A DNA stretch of 32,000 nucleotides from Oligoflexia bacterium (GTDB lineage: Bacteria > Bdellovibrionota > UBA1018), in NCBI GenBank assembly GCA_031292385.1, contig JARLHE010000025.1, positions 3,491 to 35,490 on the forward strand, written 5' to 3'. Position numbers and translations under genes: made by a program. Shown in pieces: positions 16,129 to 24,579 of this stretch (the first letter of the stretch is position 1; every line of letters begins with the position of its first letter). The notes under the pieces were generated by a model. It was given only the letters and a program-made list of their open reading frames with translations, had not been told where the DNA came from and did no database searches.

Positions 16129-18015
16129 TTACTTGGCGACGCCGCAGGAATTCAGAGCCTGCTCGAACTTGGCCTCGACCTGACTGGGCGGGATCGGATG
16201 AACCGGATCGTGCTCGGCGGAGTACTCGAGCTTCACGATATCGGGATTATGCGAAAGCCCTTGAAGATCCGGACGCTTGGCAAGCTCCGCGGGATTTCCG
16301 CCCACGGCATGAAGAATCGCCGTGTCGTTGTCGTGAACGATCTGCTCAGCTTCCGGCTGAACCTCTTTCAAAGCCGCCGTCAAATGCGCGCTCTGCTCCG
16401 GAGCCAAACCCTTGGTTTGCTTTACGGCCTCAATGATGTCGTTCGTGCTATGCGCGCTGGCGAGAGCCGCGGCAAGCTCAGGCTTCGTTTCCGCGGTGGC
16501 TTCAGCGACGGCGGCCTTGGCAAAGGCGTTTTTCGCGGCGATAAACGCTTCTGAATCAGCGGTCACCGCCCCTCCGGCCCCGCCGCCGCCAATGAACATC
16601 GTTGGCGCGAGCGCGATATTGGTATCCAGCGCCTGCCGGGCGCTGGCGATCTTCGCCGGATCAACCAGGGTCGCGTCTTTTGAGTTCGCGCCCGTGCTGG
16701 TCAAAGCCTGCTGCTTCACTTGATTGTAATTTTGAACCGCATTGCCCATGTAGTAGGTCGTCGCACCGAGGCCCATGCCCAAGGTCGCAGCACCCGCGAT
16801 AGCCACGCTGCCGACCGCAGCGTCGCCGATAAGACCGACGCCCGTGAAGCCCGCGGCGATCATGACCGCGCCCGCACCTAGGTTTTCTCGGGTGTTTTCG
16901 GCATCGACGTATTTCTCGACACCCGTCGCCATGCCGCAAAGATCCGGATGCTCTTTCAATACTTGCTCAACGACGGGCTGAACCGCCATGTAACTCATAA
17001 GATCGCGATTGCCGCCCATGAAGTTATGAAAGAGCTGCTGAGCATTGCCGAACTCGACATCCGACTTCGCGATCGCGTGCTGAGTGATTTTTTCTTCGTT
17101 CTGGGCATTTTCGAGAAGCTTCTGAAGCCCGTCATGAATCTGGGCGTCCGTCCAGGTGGGAACGCCGTTATTCCAGGTCGGTTTGCCGAGGGTGGCGAAA
17201 ATCCGGTACTTGCCGTAAAGCAATGCCTGAAACTGGGCGCGATGCGCATCATTGATTTTCTGCCAAAGCTGAGGATTCATCAGCTTTCTCTTCGATGAAC
17301 CCGTGGAGCCCGCGGCCGCCTGAGACTCCTGAGTCATCGTCTTGGTTGCTTGCGCCAATTCTGCCGAGGACAAGGACTGCCCCGCAAGCGAGGATCCGAT
17401 CGCGTTTTGGATGCCGAGCATCGAGGAGAGATCCCCGAGCGCGGCGCCGCCGACGTTCAAGTGATCGCTCACCTTCGAGCTCACCATGCCCGCGCGATTG
17501 ATTGCATTCGCGCCCGGCTGGCTTTGAGCAAGCGCGAGCTGCGTGCGAAGCGCTGGCGCGCCTTGAGCGATATTACCCTGAAGCTCAGCACGCATCTTGG
17601 CGTCGCAACCGGAGGACTGAGGAAAACACTTCAAATAGGCATTCAAAACGGATTCATTTTGCTTCACGTTATCCAAGTATTTCTTGGCAACGAGCTGGGT
17701 CAGATCCAAAGCGCCGGTGGCTTGGCTCAAATGCGAGAACATGCCCGTTTCCGGCATCTCTTCCACCTGATCGCAGCCGCCGGGAAGCTTGATCTTGCTT
17801 TCCTTGATTTGGTCAGCGGCGTCTTTGTTCACGATCAAGACATTTCGACATGCCTGGTAGGGGGAGTGAACGCCCTGACTCAAAGGAGACGCGTTTGCGG
17901 AAGATGACTGCTGTTTCAGCCTCTGGATCTCTTGCGCGTTGATCACCGCCGCCGCGTGAGCGGAGCTTGCGACCAAAGAAGTAAACGTCAAAGTCAACAA
18001 TAGATTATTTTTCAT
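16129..18015 (-). CDS. large secreted hypothetical protein (628 aa) with a central glycine-zipper hydrophobic hairpin
   Basis: The ATG at 18015 (GGAG 12 nt upstream) gives signal peptide MKNNLLLTLTFTSLVASSAHA|AA. Hydrophobic segment: LGAGAVMIAAGFTGVGLIGDAAVGSVAIAGAATLGMGLGATTYY, followed by MFIGGGGAGGAV. The flanking regions are Q/A/E-rich and helical-looking. No family recognised. Confidence 0.75.
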   Translation of the reverse strand: MKNNLLLTLTFTSLVASSAHAAAVINAQEIQRLKQQSSSANASPLSQGVHSPYQACRNVLIVNKDAADQIKESKIKLPGGCDQVEEMPETGMFSHLSQATGALDLTQLVAKKYLDNVKQNESVLNAYLKCFPQSSGCDAKMRAELQGNIAQGAPALRTQLALAQSQPGANAINRAGMVSSKVSDHLNVGGAALGDLSSMLGIQNAIGSSLAGQSLSSAELAQATKTMTQESQAAAGSTGSSKRKLMNPQLWQKINDAHRAQFQALLYGKYRIFATLGKPTWNNGVPTWTDAQIHDGLQKLLENAQNEEKITQHAIAKSDVEFGNAQQLFHNFMGGNRDLMSYMAVQPVVEQVLKEHPDLCGMATGVEKYVDAENTRENLGAGAVMIAAGFTGVGLIGDAAVGSVAIAGAATLGMGLGATTYYMGNAVQNYNQVKQQALTSTGANSKDATLVDPAKIASARQALDTNIALAPTMFIGGGGAGGAVTADSEAFIAAKNAFAKAAVAEATAETKPELAAALASAHSTNDIIEAVKQTKGLAPEQSAHLTAALKEVQPEAEQIVHDNDTAILHAVGGNPAELAKRPDLQGLSHNPDIVKLEYSAEHDPVHPIPPSQVEAKFEQALNSCGVAK

Positions 18016-18223
18016 ATCGAGTGACAGTCTCCACGAATTTCTAAGGCCTCTATCGGCATTATCTTGAAACGACTTAATAATGTTACGAGCCAAGCAATCC
18101 CGTTGGCAAGCGAGGATTCCGCAAAAAAGGAAGCATGAGACATGGATTCCGCCCGACACAGCTTCAAATTGATTGGATTGTTAAGCGATTAACGCATAAA
18201 GTCATGTCGTCCGAAACGAATAC

Positions 18224-18478
18224 ATGAACCGAGAATCCTTTATCGATACGCTTCGAAGCAAATACTCTGACGATGTTCTAGCTGCCCTGAGCGAATGCAG
18301 CCATAAAGACCGAGAAGTCGACCTGGAAGAACTCCGGGCAAAACTTGCCCATCTTGCGAAAGTCGCCACCTTGGAAGGACTCGGTCTCGATGAATTCCGA
18401 ATGATCGTTTCGTCCCGGCTTCCGCAAAAGGTCGTGGCCGCCCTAACCGTGGCGCCTGCGATCAAAGAGGCCGCTTAA
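18224..18478 (+). CDS. small hypothetical protein (84 aa)
   Basis: Balanced, helical-looking composition (MNRESFIDTLRSKYSDDVLAALSE...), whereas the opposite-strand ORF 18202..18465 is S/R-rich junk. No SD seen. No family recognised. Confidence 0.5.
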   Translation: MNRESFIDTLRSKYSDDVLAALSECSHKDREVDLEELRAKLAHLAKVATLEGLGLDEFRMIVSSRLPQKVVAALTVAPAIKEAA

Positions 18479-18798
18479 GCGGCCCGGGATTCGCCCTCGC
18501 CTTTGCCGGGCCTTTCGATTTCGCGCCGACCCTGTTTTTTCAGCAGCCGATGTCGACGGCCCAAAACGGCGTAATATGCGGCAAGCACGATCACGGCTCC
18601 CGCGGTCGCGGAAATGAAACCCGCGCCTTCGTCGAAGCCGTACCAGCCCATTGCCTGCCCGAACCATCCGGCGGTAAGCGCGCCCACGACACCCAAAATC
18701 GTGGTGCCGATAAATCCCATGGGCTCCCGCCCGGGAACGATCGCGCGCGCGATGAGACCGACGACAAATCCGAAGAGGATCCAGCCTACGATTGTCAT
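18475..18798 (-). CDS. GlsB/YeaQ/YmgE-family stress-response membrane protein (transglycosylase-associated)
   Basis: MTIVGWILFGFVVGLIARAIVPGREPMGFIGTTILGVVGALTAGWFG is the typical family signature. SD GGGAGA lies 6 nt upstream. It has a basic C-terminal tail. Confidence 0.85.
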   Translation of the reverse strand: MTIVGWILFGFVVGLIARAIVPGREPMGFIGTTILGVVGALTAGWFGQAMGWYGFDEGAGFISATAGAVIVLAAYYAVLGRRHRLLKKQGRREIERPGKGEGESRAA

Positions 18799-18849
18799 AA
18801 GATTCTCCCGCGATAAAGCGATGCAAAGGACATACGCGGCGGGGCCCGC

Positions 18850-19698
18850 TCAGTCTCCGCAACGCATCGAGAGAAAGCGCTGAATCCGATCAGAAGCAGG
18901 CGAGCGAGAGGCCTCGCTGGCTTGCTGCCGCTTGCGCATGTTCTCGCAGGCGATCCGGTTGAGGGCCGAAAATTCGTTCATGAGCGCGACCGGATAAGGC
19001 GCATGCCCGGTGGAAGAATACAGGACCACTGCCTTGGATGAAAGCTCGGGGAAAAGCTTCGCGTCTTCACCCAGCTGCTTTGCGATTTGAGATCTCCAGC
19101 GCCCGACGCGGTAAAAATCCCGTTTAATTCGCTCGCGCTTCGAAGCTTCGTCGGCCGAACTTGAAAGATAGCCCCCGCAGCGGCGCTCGGCGGCGCGAAG
19201 CGAAAGCTCGAGCCCCACTTGGCATTCGCGGCGCACGGCTTCGACCTCTCCCCCCGGTCCCTCGATCGCGTTTTCGATATAACGTCCGGCCGTGAGCTGC
19301 GGATCATACGGATCCCAATCCGGCCGCGTGGTCGCATGAACCAGCTCATGGGCGATATCGAGAAGCAAATCCTCTTGCGGCTGATTTTCGCGAACATAAA
19401 CGACCACGTCCCGACGACGCGACTCCTGGTCGGTGGCCGGGTCGAACTCCCGAATCAGCACCGCATCGGTGCGAGAAACGCTTCCCCAGCGGAAATGAGC
19501 GGCTAACGGCTGCTTCGGGTCATCGTCAGACCAGAACTTCCGCGCATCCGCCAAAAGGGCCGCTCCGGCCTTGGACTCGCCAAGACGCGCGAGAAGCCCG
19601 GACAGATCGGGCTTGCCCGCATCCGCTCCCCACGCAAGCCCTCCCGAAAGCAGGCCATAAATTACATAAATAAGAAATAATCGGCACGACCTGAGCAC
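18850..19698 (-). CDS. secreted hypothetical protein with an HExxH motif (putative zinc metallopeptidase)
   Basis: GTG start with AGGA upstream. Signal peptide (M)LRSCRLFLIYVIYGLLSGGLAWG|ADAG. The motif reads DIAHELVHATT. No family recognised. Confidence 0.7.
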   Translation of the reverse strand: MLRSCRLFLIYVIYGLLSGGLAWGADAGKPDLSGLLARLGESKAGAALLADARKFWSDDDPKQPLAAHFRWGSVSRTDAVLIREFDPATDQESRRRDVVVYVRENQPQEDLLLDIAHELVHATTRPDWDPYDPQLTAGRYIENAIEGPGGEVEAVRRECQVGLELSLRAAERRCGGYLSSSADEASKRERIKRDFYRVGRWRSQIAKQLGEDAKLFPELSSKAVVLYSSTGHAPYPVALMNEFSALNRIACENMRKRQQASEASRSPASDRIQRFLSMRCGD

Positions 19699-19844
19699 GG
19701 AATCCTATCGGCGCTTCCCCGGTAAAACCCAAGGCCGAGAATCGGATCGAGAGGGTGTGTCGCCATTGCCACATGTGTCTAAAACCTGGACAGGTCCCGA
19801 CACCTCTCGTTGAACCAACCTCTTGATTTGCCTAGGCGGAATTC

Positions 19845-19860
19845 AGGCACGTCGCTTGCT
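19845..19860 (+). promoter_or_regulatory. sigma54-like -24/-12 promoter AGGCACGTCGCTTGCT upstream of the S8 protease gene
   Basis: Matches TGGCACG-N4-TTGCW at every position except the first base, with exact GG/GC spacing. It is bracketed by CCTAGG hexamers at 19831 and 19861. Confidence 0.5.
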
Positions 19861-19932
19861 CCTAGGCCTGTGTTGTCAGAGGCGCGAAGCAAAGCCTCTG
19901 TGGATAAAGCGGATAAAGAAGAGACGTGCAAA

Positions 19933-21087
19933 ATGCGAAAAACGAGTCCTAAAATTTCTATTCTGTTGTTAACGCTGGGAAGTTTTACCCTTTTCGGTTT
20001 CGTATCGCCCGAGGCCGCGGGCGTTCACCAGCGCTTCGCTTTCGCAAGCCAGCTGAAGAACTGGGGCCTGATCAACGACTCTAGCGAGAAATCGGATATC
20101 CGCGCCGTTGACGCCTGGCGCCTCCAAGAAGGCAGCGCGAAAATCGTCGTCGCGGTCATCGACACCGGCCTTGATGCGACACACCGGGATTTAACTAAAA
20201 ACGTTTGGCATGACCCGAACTCGCCTTCCATTTACGGCTGGAACTTCGTCGTCGATCACGCGAATCCGATCGATGACCACGGCCACGGAACCCATATCGC
20301 CGGCATCATCGGAGCCGTTGCCGACCCGCAAAACGGAGTGAGCGGAGTCGCGCATCATGTTTCGATCATGCCCGTAAAATATTATTCCGATGCCAATCCA
20401 GGGTCGGTCAACCTCCGCAACACGGTCGCCGCGATCAATTACGCGGTCGAGCACGGCGCGCGGATCATCAATTACAGCGGCGGCGGCCCTGAGTTTTCCG
20501 AGGACGAATACCTGGCGATCAAAAAAGCCGAAGCGCGCGGAGTCTTGTTCGTCGCGGCCGCCGGCAATGAGCACCAGGACACGGATCTGAGCGAGAATTA
20601 CTACTACCCGGCCGCTTACCGTCTTTCGAACATCATCTCGGTCGCGGCGACCGACATTCGCAACACGATCCTCCCGAGCTCCAACTGGGGCCACAAACGA
20701 GTGGACATCGCGGCGCCCGGAGAAAATATTTACAGCACCCTTCCCGGGGGGCGCTACGGCTACATGACCGGAACTTCGCAGGCGACCGCGTTCGTAACCG
20801 GCGTCGCCGCCCTGCTTCTGTCCCAGGATCCGACCCTGACTCCACAGGAAATCCGGGAAATCATTACTGCATCCGCCGATTCGATCGACAGCCTCCGCGA
20901 CAAGGTCGCCTCCGGCGGCAAGGTGAATGCCTATCAAGCCCTTTTGCTCTTGGCCGATAGCCACCATAACAGCAACCGCCATTCGGTCCGCAATCTGATC
21001 GCATCCCGAGCCAGCGCCTCCAAGCCTCGGATTCCGGATCCCTCGAGCGAAGAGGCCTCCAGCTCGCTGTTTCACTTGTGGGAATAA
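19933..21087 (+). CDS. secreted S8-family subtilisin-like serine peptidase
   Basis: The ATG at 19933 gives signal peptide MRKTSPKISILLLTLGSFTLFGFV. Catalytic triad contexts: VAVIDTGLD (Asp), HGTHIAGII (His) and GTSQATAFVTG (Ser). Confidence 0.9.
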   Translation: MRKTSPKISILLLTLGSFTLFGFVSPEAAGVHQRFAFASQLKNWGLINDSSEKSDIRAVDAWRLQEGSAKIVVAVIDTGLDATHRDLTKNVWHDPNSPSIYGWNFVVDHANPIDDHGHGTHIAGIIGAVADPQNGVSGVAHHVSIMPVKYYSDANPGSVNLRNTVAAINYAVEHGARIINYSGGGPEFSEDEYLAIKKAEARGVLFVAAAGNEHQDTDLSENYYYPAAYRLSNIISVAATDIRNTILPSSNWGHKRVDIAAPGENIYSTLPGGRYGYMTGTSQATAFVTGVAALLLSQDPTLTPQEIREIITASADSIDSLRDKVASGGKVNAYQALLLLADSHHNSNRHSVRNLIASRASASKPRIPDPSSEEASSSLFHLWE

Positions 21088-21111
21088 AATAAATAGCTAA
21101 ACTCAACCCCG

Positions 21112-22728
21112 ATGCATCTTGTCGTGCTTGCGGGAATCCTGATCGTCGCCTCGTTCCCTCCCTGGAACTTTCGTGGCCTGATTTTTATCGCCCTAATACC
21201 CTGGCTTTACCGCCTGAGAACCACCACGACCTGGCGGCGCGCCGCGATCTGGGGTCTTTTCCTCAGCATGGCCATGAGCCTGCTCGGGTTTTACTGGGTC
21301 GCCTACGTTCTCCACGAGTTCGGTGGCTTGCCTTGGGCAATCGCAGGCCTTGGGCTCCTTATTTTTTCGACCTTTGGCCAGCCTCAGTTCACGATTTTCG
21401 CGCCCATTTATTTCGTTCTTTCGAAAAAACGCGCGGCCGCCCGCGGTAGCGAACGCTGCGTCTGGAGCCTGGCGATCGCTCTCCTTTACGCGGGCATCGA
21501 CTGGAGCATTCCCAAGCTCTTTCACGATACCTTAGGGCACTCGCAATATTCGGCGCCCTGGCTCAGGCAATCGGCCGACCTTTTCGGCGCGCATGGGCTG
21601 ACGTTTCTCATCTTCTGGATCAACGACTCGCTTCTGGATCTGATCTTCACCTTACGCCAAAGAAAAGAGCCTTCTTTCTGGCCATCCATCGGCTTAACTG
21701 GGCCGTCGGTGCTTTTAAGCCTGCTTGCGCTGGGAGCGACCGCCACCTATGGAAAGACGCAGGAAAAGGCGATCCAGGATCTGATCGCGCATGCTCCGCA
21801 AAAAACGCGGGCCGCCGTCATTCAGGCCAATATCGGCGATATCGACAAGCTCGCGGCGCACCGAGGCCTGCGCGCCGCCTCCGAGCAGGTCATGGACCAG
21901 TACTTCTCGTTATCGGATCGTGCGCTGAACGCCCGGCCCCAGCCGGATTTTCTGGTCTGGCCGGAAACCGCCTACCCTTCGACGTTCCGTACGCCCATGA
22001 CCCCGGACGACCTCGCGCGCGACGAGCAGGTGGAGAATTTCGTCAACGCCCGCCGTTTTCCGCTCCTCTTTGGCGGCTATGACCGAAACAGAAGCAAGGA
22101 CTTCAATACGTTCTTCCTGCTCACCCCGCATAACCGAGCCAAAGCGGATGACAGCGACCTGCAGATTTACCACAAGAACATCCTGCTGATGTTCGGCGAA
22201 TACGTTCCGTTCACGGAAAACAACCCGCTCTTTCAAAAATACTTTCCGCAAGTCGCCAATTTCGGGCGAGGCCCCGGCCCCGACATCCTGACAGTCCCCA
22301 CTCCCGGCGGCCAGAACGTGCGCTTAAGCCCCGTCATCTGTTACGAAGTTCTTTTTCCCGACTACGTGCTCGAAGCGGCAAGGCGCGGTTCTCAGTTCAT
22401 CATGAACATCACCAACGATTCGTGGTTCGGGCCGTACGGGGAGCCGGAGCTGCATCTTGCCCTTTCCACCTTTCGAAGCATCGAGGCCCGTATCCCTCAG
22501 CTTCGGGCCACCAACACGGGGATCTCAGCCCTGATCCTGCCAGACGGCTCTATAAGCGCCCAGACCCAGACCTTCGCCCAGGAGATCCTCTCCGTCGAAA
22601 TGCCGCTCATAACGCCTCCCTGGACGCTTATGAAGCAATTAGGGGACTGGTTCGGCTACGCGGCCCTGCCCTGCTCCATGGTGTTGATCGGCCTCATGTG
22701 GCGAAGGCGACAGCTGTCCAAACTTTAG
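21112..22728 (+). CDS. lnt: apolipoprotein N-acyltransferase
   Basis: 538 aa. Polytopic N-terminal half, then a C-terminal CN-hydrolase domain with LVWPETA, SPVICYEVLFP (catalytic Cys) and ATNTGISA. Confidence 0.9.
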   Translation: MHLVVLAGILIVASFPPWNFRGLIFIALIPWLYRLRTTTTWRRAAIWGLFLSMAMSLLGFYWVAYVLHEFGGLPWAIAGLGLLIFSTFGQPQFTIFAPIYFVLSKKRAAARGSERCVWSLAIALLYAGIDWSIPKLFHDTLGHSQYSAPWLRQSADLFGAHGLTFLIFWINDSLLDLIFTLRQRKEPSFWPSIGLTGPSVLLSLLALGATATYGKTQEKAIQDLIAHAPQKTRAAVIQANIGDIDKLAAHRGLRAASEQVMDQYFSLSDRALNARPQPDFLVWPETAYPSTFRTPMTPDDLARDEQVENFVNARRFPLLFGGYDRNRSKDFNTFFLLTPHNRAKADDSDLQIYHKNILLMFGEYVPFTENNPLFQKYFPQVANFGRGPGPDILTVPTPGGQNVRLSPVICYEVLFPDYVLEAARRGSQFIMNITNDSWFGPYGEPELHLALSTFRSIEARIPQLRATNTGISALILPDGSISAQTQTFAQEILSVEMPLITPPWTLMKQLGDWFGYAALPCSMVLIGLMWRRRQLSKL

Positions 22729-22781
22729 ACAGCGATAACTCCCAGGCTCCCGATAAAATCCGAATCGCGCGCGCAAACGCC

Positions 22782-22797
22782 CGGCACATGCCTTGCT
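22782..22797 (+). promoter_or_regulatory. sigma54-like -24/-12 element CGGCACATGCCTTGCT upstream of the Cys-rich lipoprotein gene
   Basis: GGCAC-N5-TTGCT at exact consensus spacing. It sits in the lnt-lipoprotein intergenic region, 45-135 nt upstream of the candidate starts. Confidence 0.45.
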
Positions 22798-22841
22798 CTA
22801 CTCAGGGTCATACACACTGAGCTGATGAGATACGCCGGACC

Positions 22842-23441
22842 TTGCACCGGAGAAAGAATGGGATTGCCGTGAGACTTTCATTCACGAACAACTTGAGTTT
22901 CACCCTGAGTCGGCCGCGCGGGGCGGCCTGGATGATCTTCGCGTTTGCGGCGGCACTTCTTTCTTCCTGCGCCAACAACGCCGGCGGCGGCGCCACCGAA
23001 AACGTCGCGCTCGGCGCGAACAGCACCGGGTACTACAACAACAATATCCAAGCCGACGGAAGCACCATCGAAAACGGTTACGATTGCGCCGAAAAACCGA
23101 ATGTCATGCCGGGCGCCACATCGGATGCGATCTTCACCGACGAGTGGACGGTTTGCACCAACACGCAAAACACGTCGGATATCGAAATCCAGGGCAGAGG
23201 GAGCGAAACCCAAGTCTGCATATTTCCGGTCAATGTCCTGAACGGAATCGCCTCCGCCATGACTTCGTACAAATGCGTTGCCCCGCAGAATCAAACCGCT
23301 TACGCCAGTTTTCCGGGCATCACCTACAATGCCGCCTACATCGTGGAATATTCCGACGTTCTCCAGATGCAGCAGTGCCTCGCCCTGGGCTCTTACAACG
23401 TGACGTGCCCGGCTTACTCGTACGGACAATTCAGGAACTAG
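22842..23441 (+). CDS. Cys-rich hypothetical lipoprotein
   Basis: Lipobox AAALLSS|C preceded by the hydrophobic AAWMIFAFAAALL and an Arg-containing n-region. The mature part has 7 further Cys and is N/T/Y-rich. The start is ambiguous: TTG 22842, GTG 22869 or ATG 22932. Confidence 0.7.
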   Translation: MHRRKNGIAVRLSFTNNLSFTLSRPRGAAWMIFAFAAALLSSCANNAGGGATENVALGANSTGYYNNNIQADGSTIENGYDCAEKPNVMPGATSDAIFTDEWTVCTNTQNTSDIEIQGRGSETQVCIFPVNVLNGIASAMTSYKCVAPQNQTAYASFPGITYNAAYIVEYSDVLQMQQCLALGSYNVTCPAYSYGQFRN

Positions 23442-24544
23442 TGGACGACCCGAGCCGTCGCTTTGGCGGGAGTGGTTTCGCTTCCCTCCCTGCCGACCTC
23501 TTGCACGCCTTGGCGATAGCTTTCCACCAAGAAAGGGTCGCGCGTCGGAAAAGCATCCAAGATCTCGATTTGATCCTGCTCGTCTACCGTCTGCTCGTCG
23601 AGTTCGCGGGCAACCACGACGTACCAAACGCCCCGGCTCTCTTCGGCATCGGAGATATGGCGAATGAAGTGATAGAGTTTCGGCCCTTCCGGTCCCCGCG
23701 CCTGAATGCTCCAGACTTCATCGGGGGTTTCTAGCGTCGACTCGATATGGGTCTGATAGCGGGCGAAATCGTCGGGCTGAATATCGTCACCGCGGCGCTC
23801 TTGATTCATTTTCGCCATCAGGGTCTCATCCGCGGTCCAGGGATCTGCAAGACGATCCGTCGGCTCTGAAGCGCCGAGACCTGCCTCTCCGTTTCCGTCA
23901 ATCTGAGCTCCCATCGAATCCTTCTCGACAGAGTCCGCCTGATCCCATTCTCCGGATTGCGCTCGCGGCTGAGCGCCTGCGACGTCTTGCGAGGCTTTCG
24001 GAGATCGCCCTTGCGCCCATTCCATTCGTTCTCCACGGCGGTAGGTGTTGGCCATGGCCGAGTTTTTCGTCGTGAGGGCCAAATAGAGGAAGCTCGGCTC
24101 CCCCCTTAAAAACAAGCAGATGCAAATCGACCAGATCTTTTTGGTGCCCGGCTTGAATTCGGAAATCAAAGTATAGCGGTAATCGCCGCTCAAGGTTTTT
24201 TCACGCCAAATCTCGTCGGGCTCCTGAAGCGTGATCCATCGTAAATGAGCTAAAGACTCCCGCTCTTCGGCGGAAAGATCGTTCGGAGCCAAACGGCGGA
24301 AATATTCCTTTTCCAGGCGTTCAATCTCCGGAGCGAAGTACGCGGCGATACAAGCTTCCCCGCAGAAGATACGGCCGATTTCCTCTTCCACGAAGAGAGC
24401 CCGCTCTTCCTTTCCTGACAGCTTTTTGCCGCAATGATAACAGGCATCGGGCGATGCGCTCTTCTTCGCCGAATCCTGGGTCGCGCGGGCGGACCGTGGT
24501 TTCTTTCTTCGCTCGACATTCCGTTTAGTCGGACTCCGCTTCAT
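23438..24544 (-). CDS. hypothetical protein: basic N-terminus + TRASH/FCS-type zinc ribbon + two copies of a PDE[IV]W-containing module
   Basis: 368 aa. C35-x2-C38-x22-C61-x3-C65 (CYHC...FCGEAC) fits the TRASH spacing C-X2-C-X19-22-C-X3-C. Residues about 98-172 and about 262-350 share the pattern [LT]xEPDE[IV]W ... Y ... W+hydrophobic strand ... YR[RQ]G. An acidic linker joins them. Confidence 0.7.
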   Translation of the reverse strand: MKRSPTKRNVERRKKPRSARATQDSAKKSASPDACYHCGKKLSGKEERALFVEEEIGRIFCGEACIAAYFAPEIERLEKEYFRRLAPNDLSAEERESLAHLRWITLQEPDEIWREKTLSGDYRYTLISEFKPGTKKIWSICICLFLRGEPSFLYLALTTKNSAMANTYRRGERMEWAQGRSPKASQDVAGAQPRAQSGEWDQADSVEKDSMGAQIDGNGEAGLGASEPTDRLADPWTADETLMAKMNQERRGDDIQPDDFARYQTHIESTLETPDEVWSIQARGPEGPKLYHFIRHISDAEESRGVWYVVVARELDEQTVDEQDQIEILDAFPTRDPFLVESYRQGVQEVGREGSETTPAKATARVVH

Positions 24545-24550
24545 ACTTTA

Positions 24551-24579
24551 ATTGTGAGGGGATTTCCGCAGAGAGTCAA
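24551..24579 (-). promoter_or_regulatory. sigma70-like promoter TTGACT-17-CACAAT, predicted to give a leaderless or near-leaderless mRNA for the zinc-ribbon gene
   Basis: On the minus strand the -10 CACAAT ends 6 nt before the ATG at 24544, and no SD is present. The inverted repeat CGCAGAG-N11-CTCTGCG (24567-24591) overlaps the -35 element. Confidence 0.4.

Noticed and set aside
22878-23627. 249-aa ORF on the minus strand spanning the lipoprotein / zinc-ribbon junction
   Set aside because: It is R/G-rich and overlaps two better-supported genes on both sides. It has no signal or motif, and the + strand lipoprotein has a clean lipobox.
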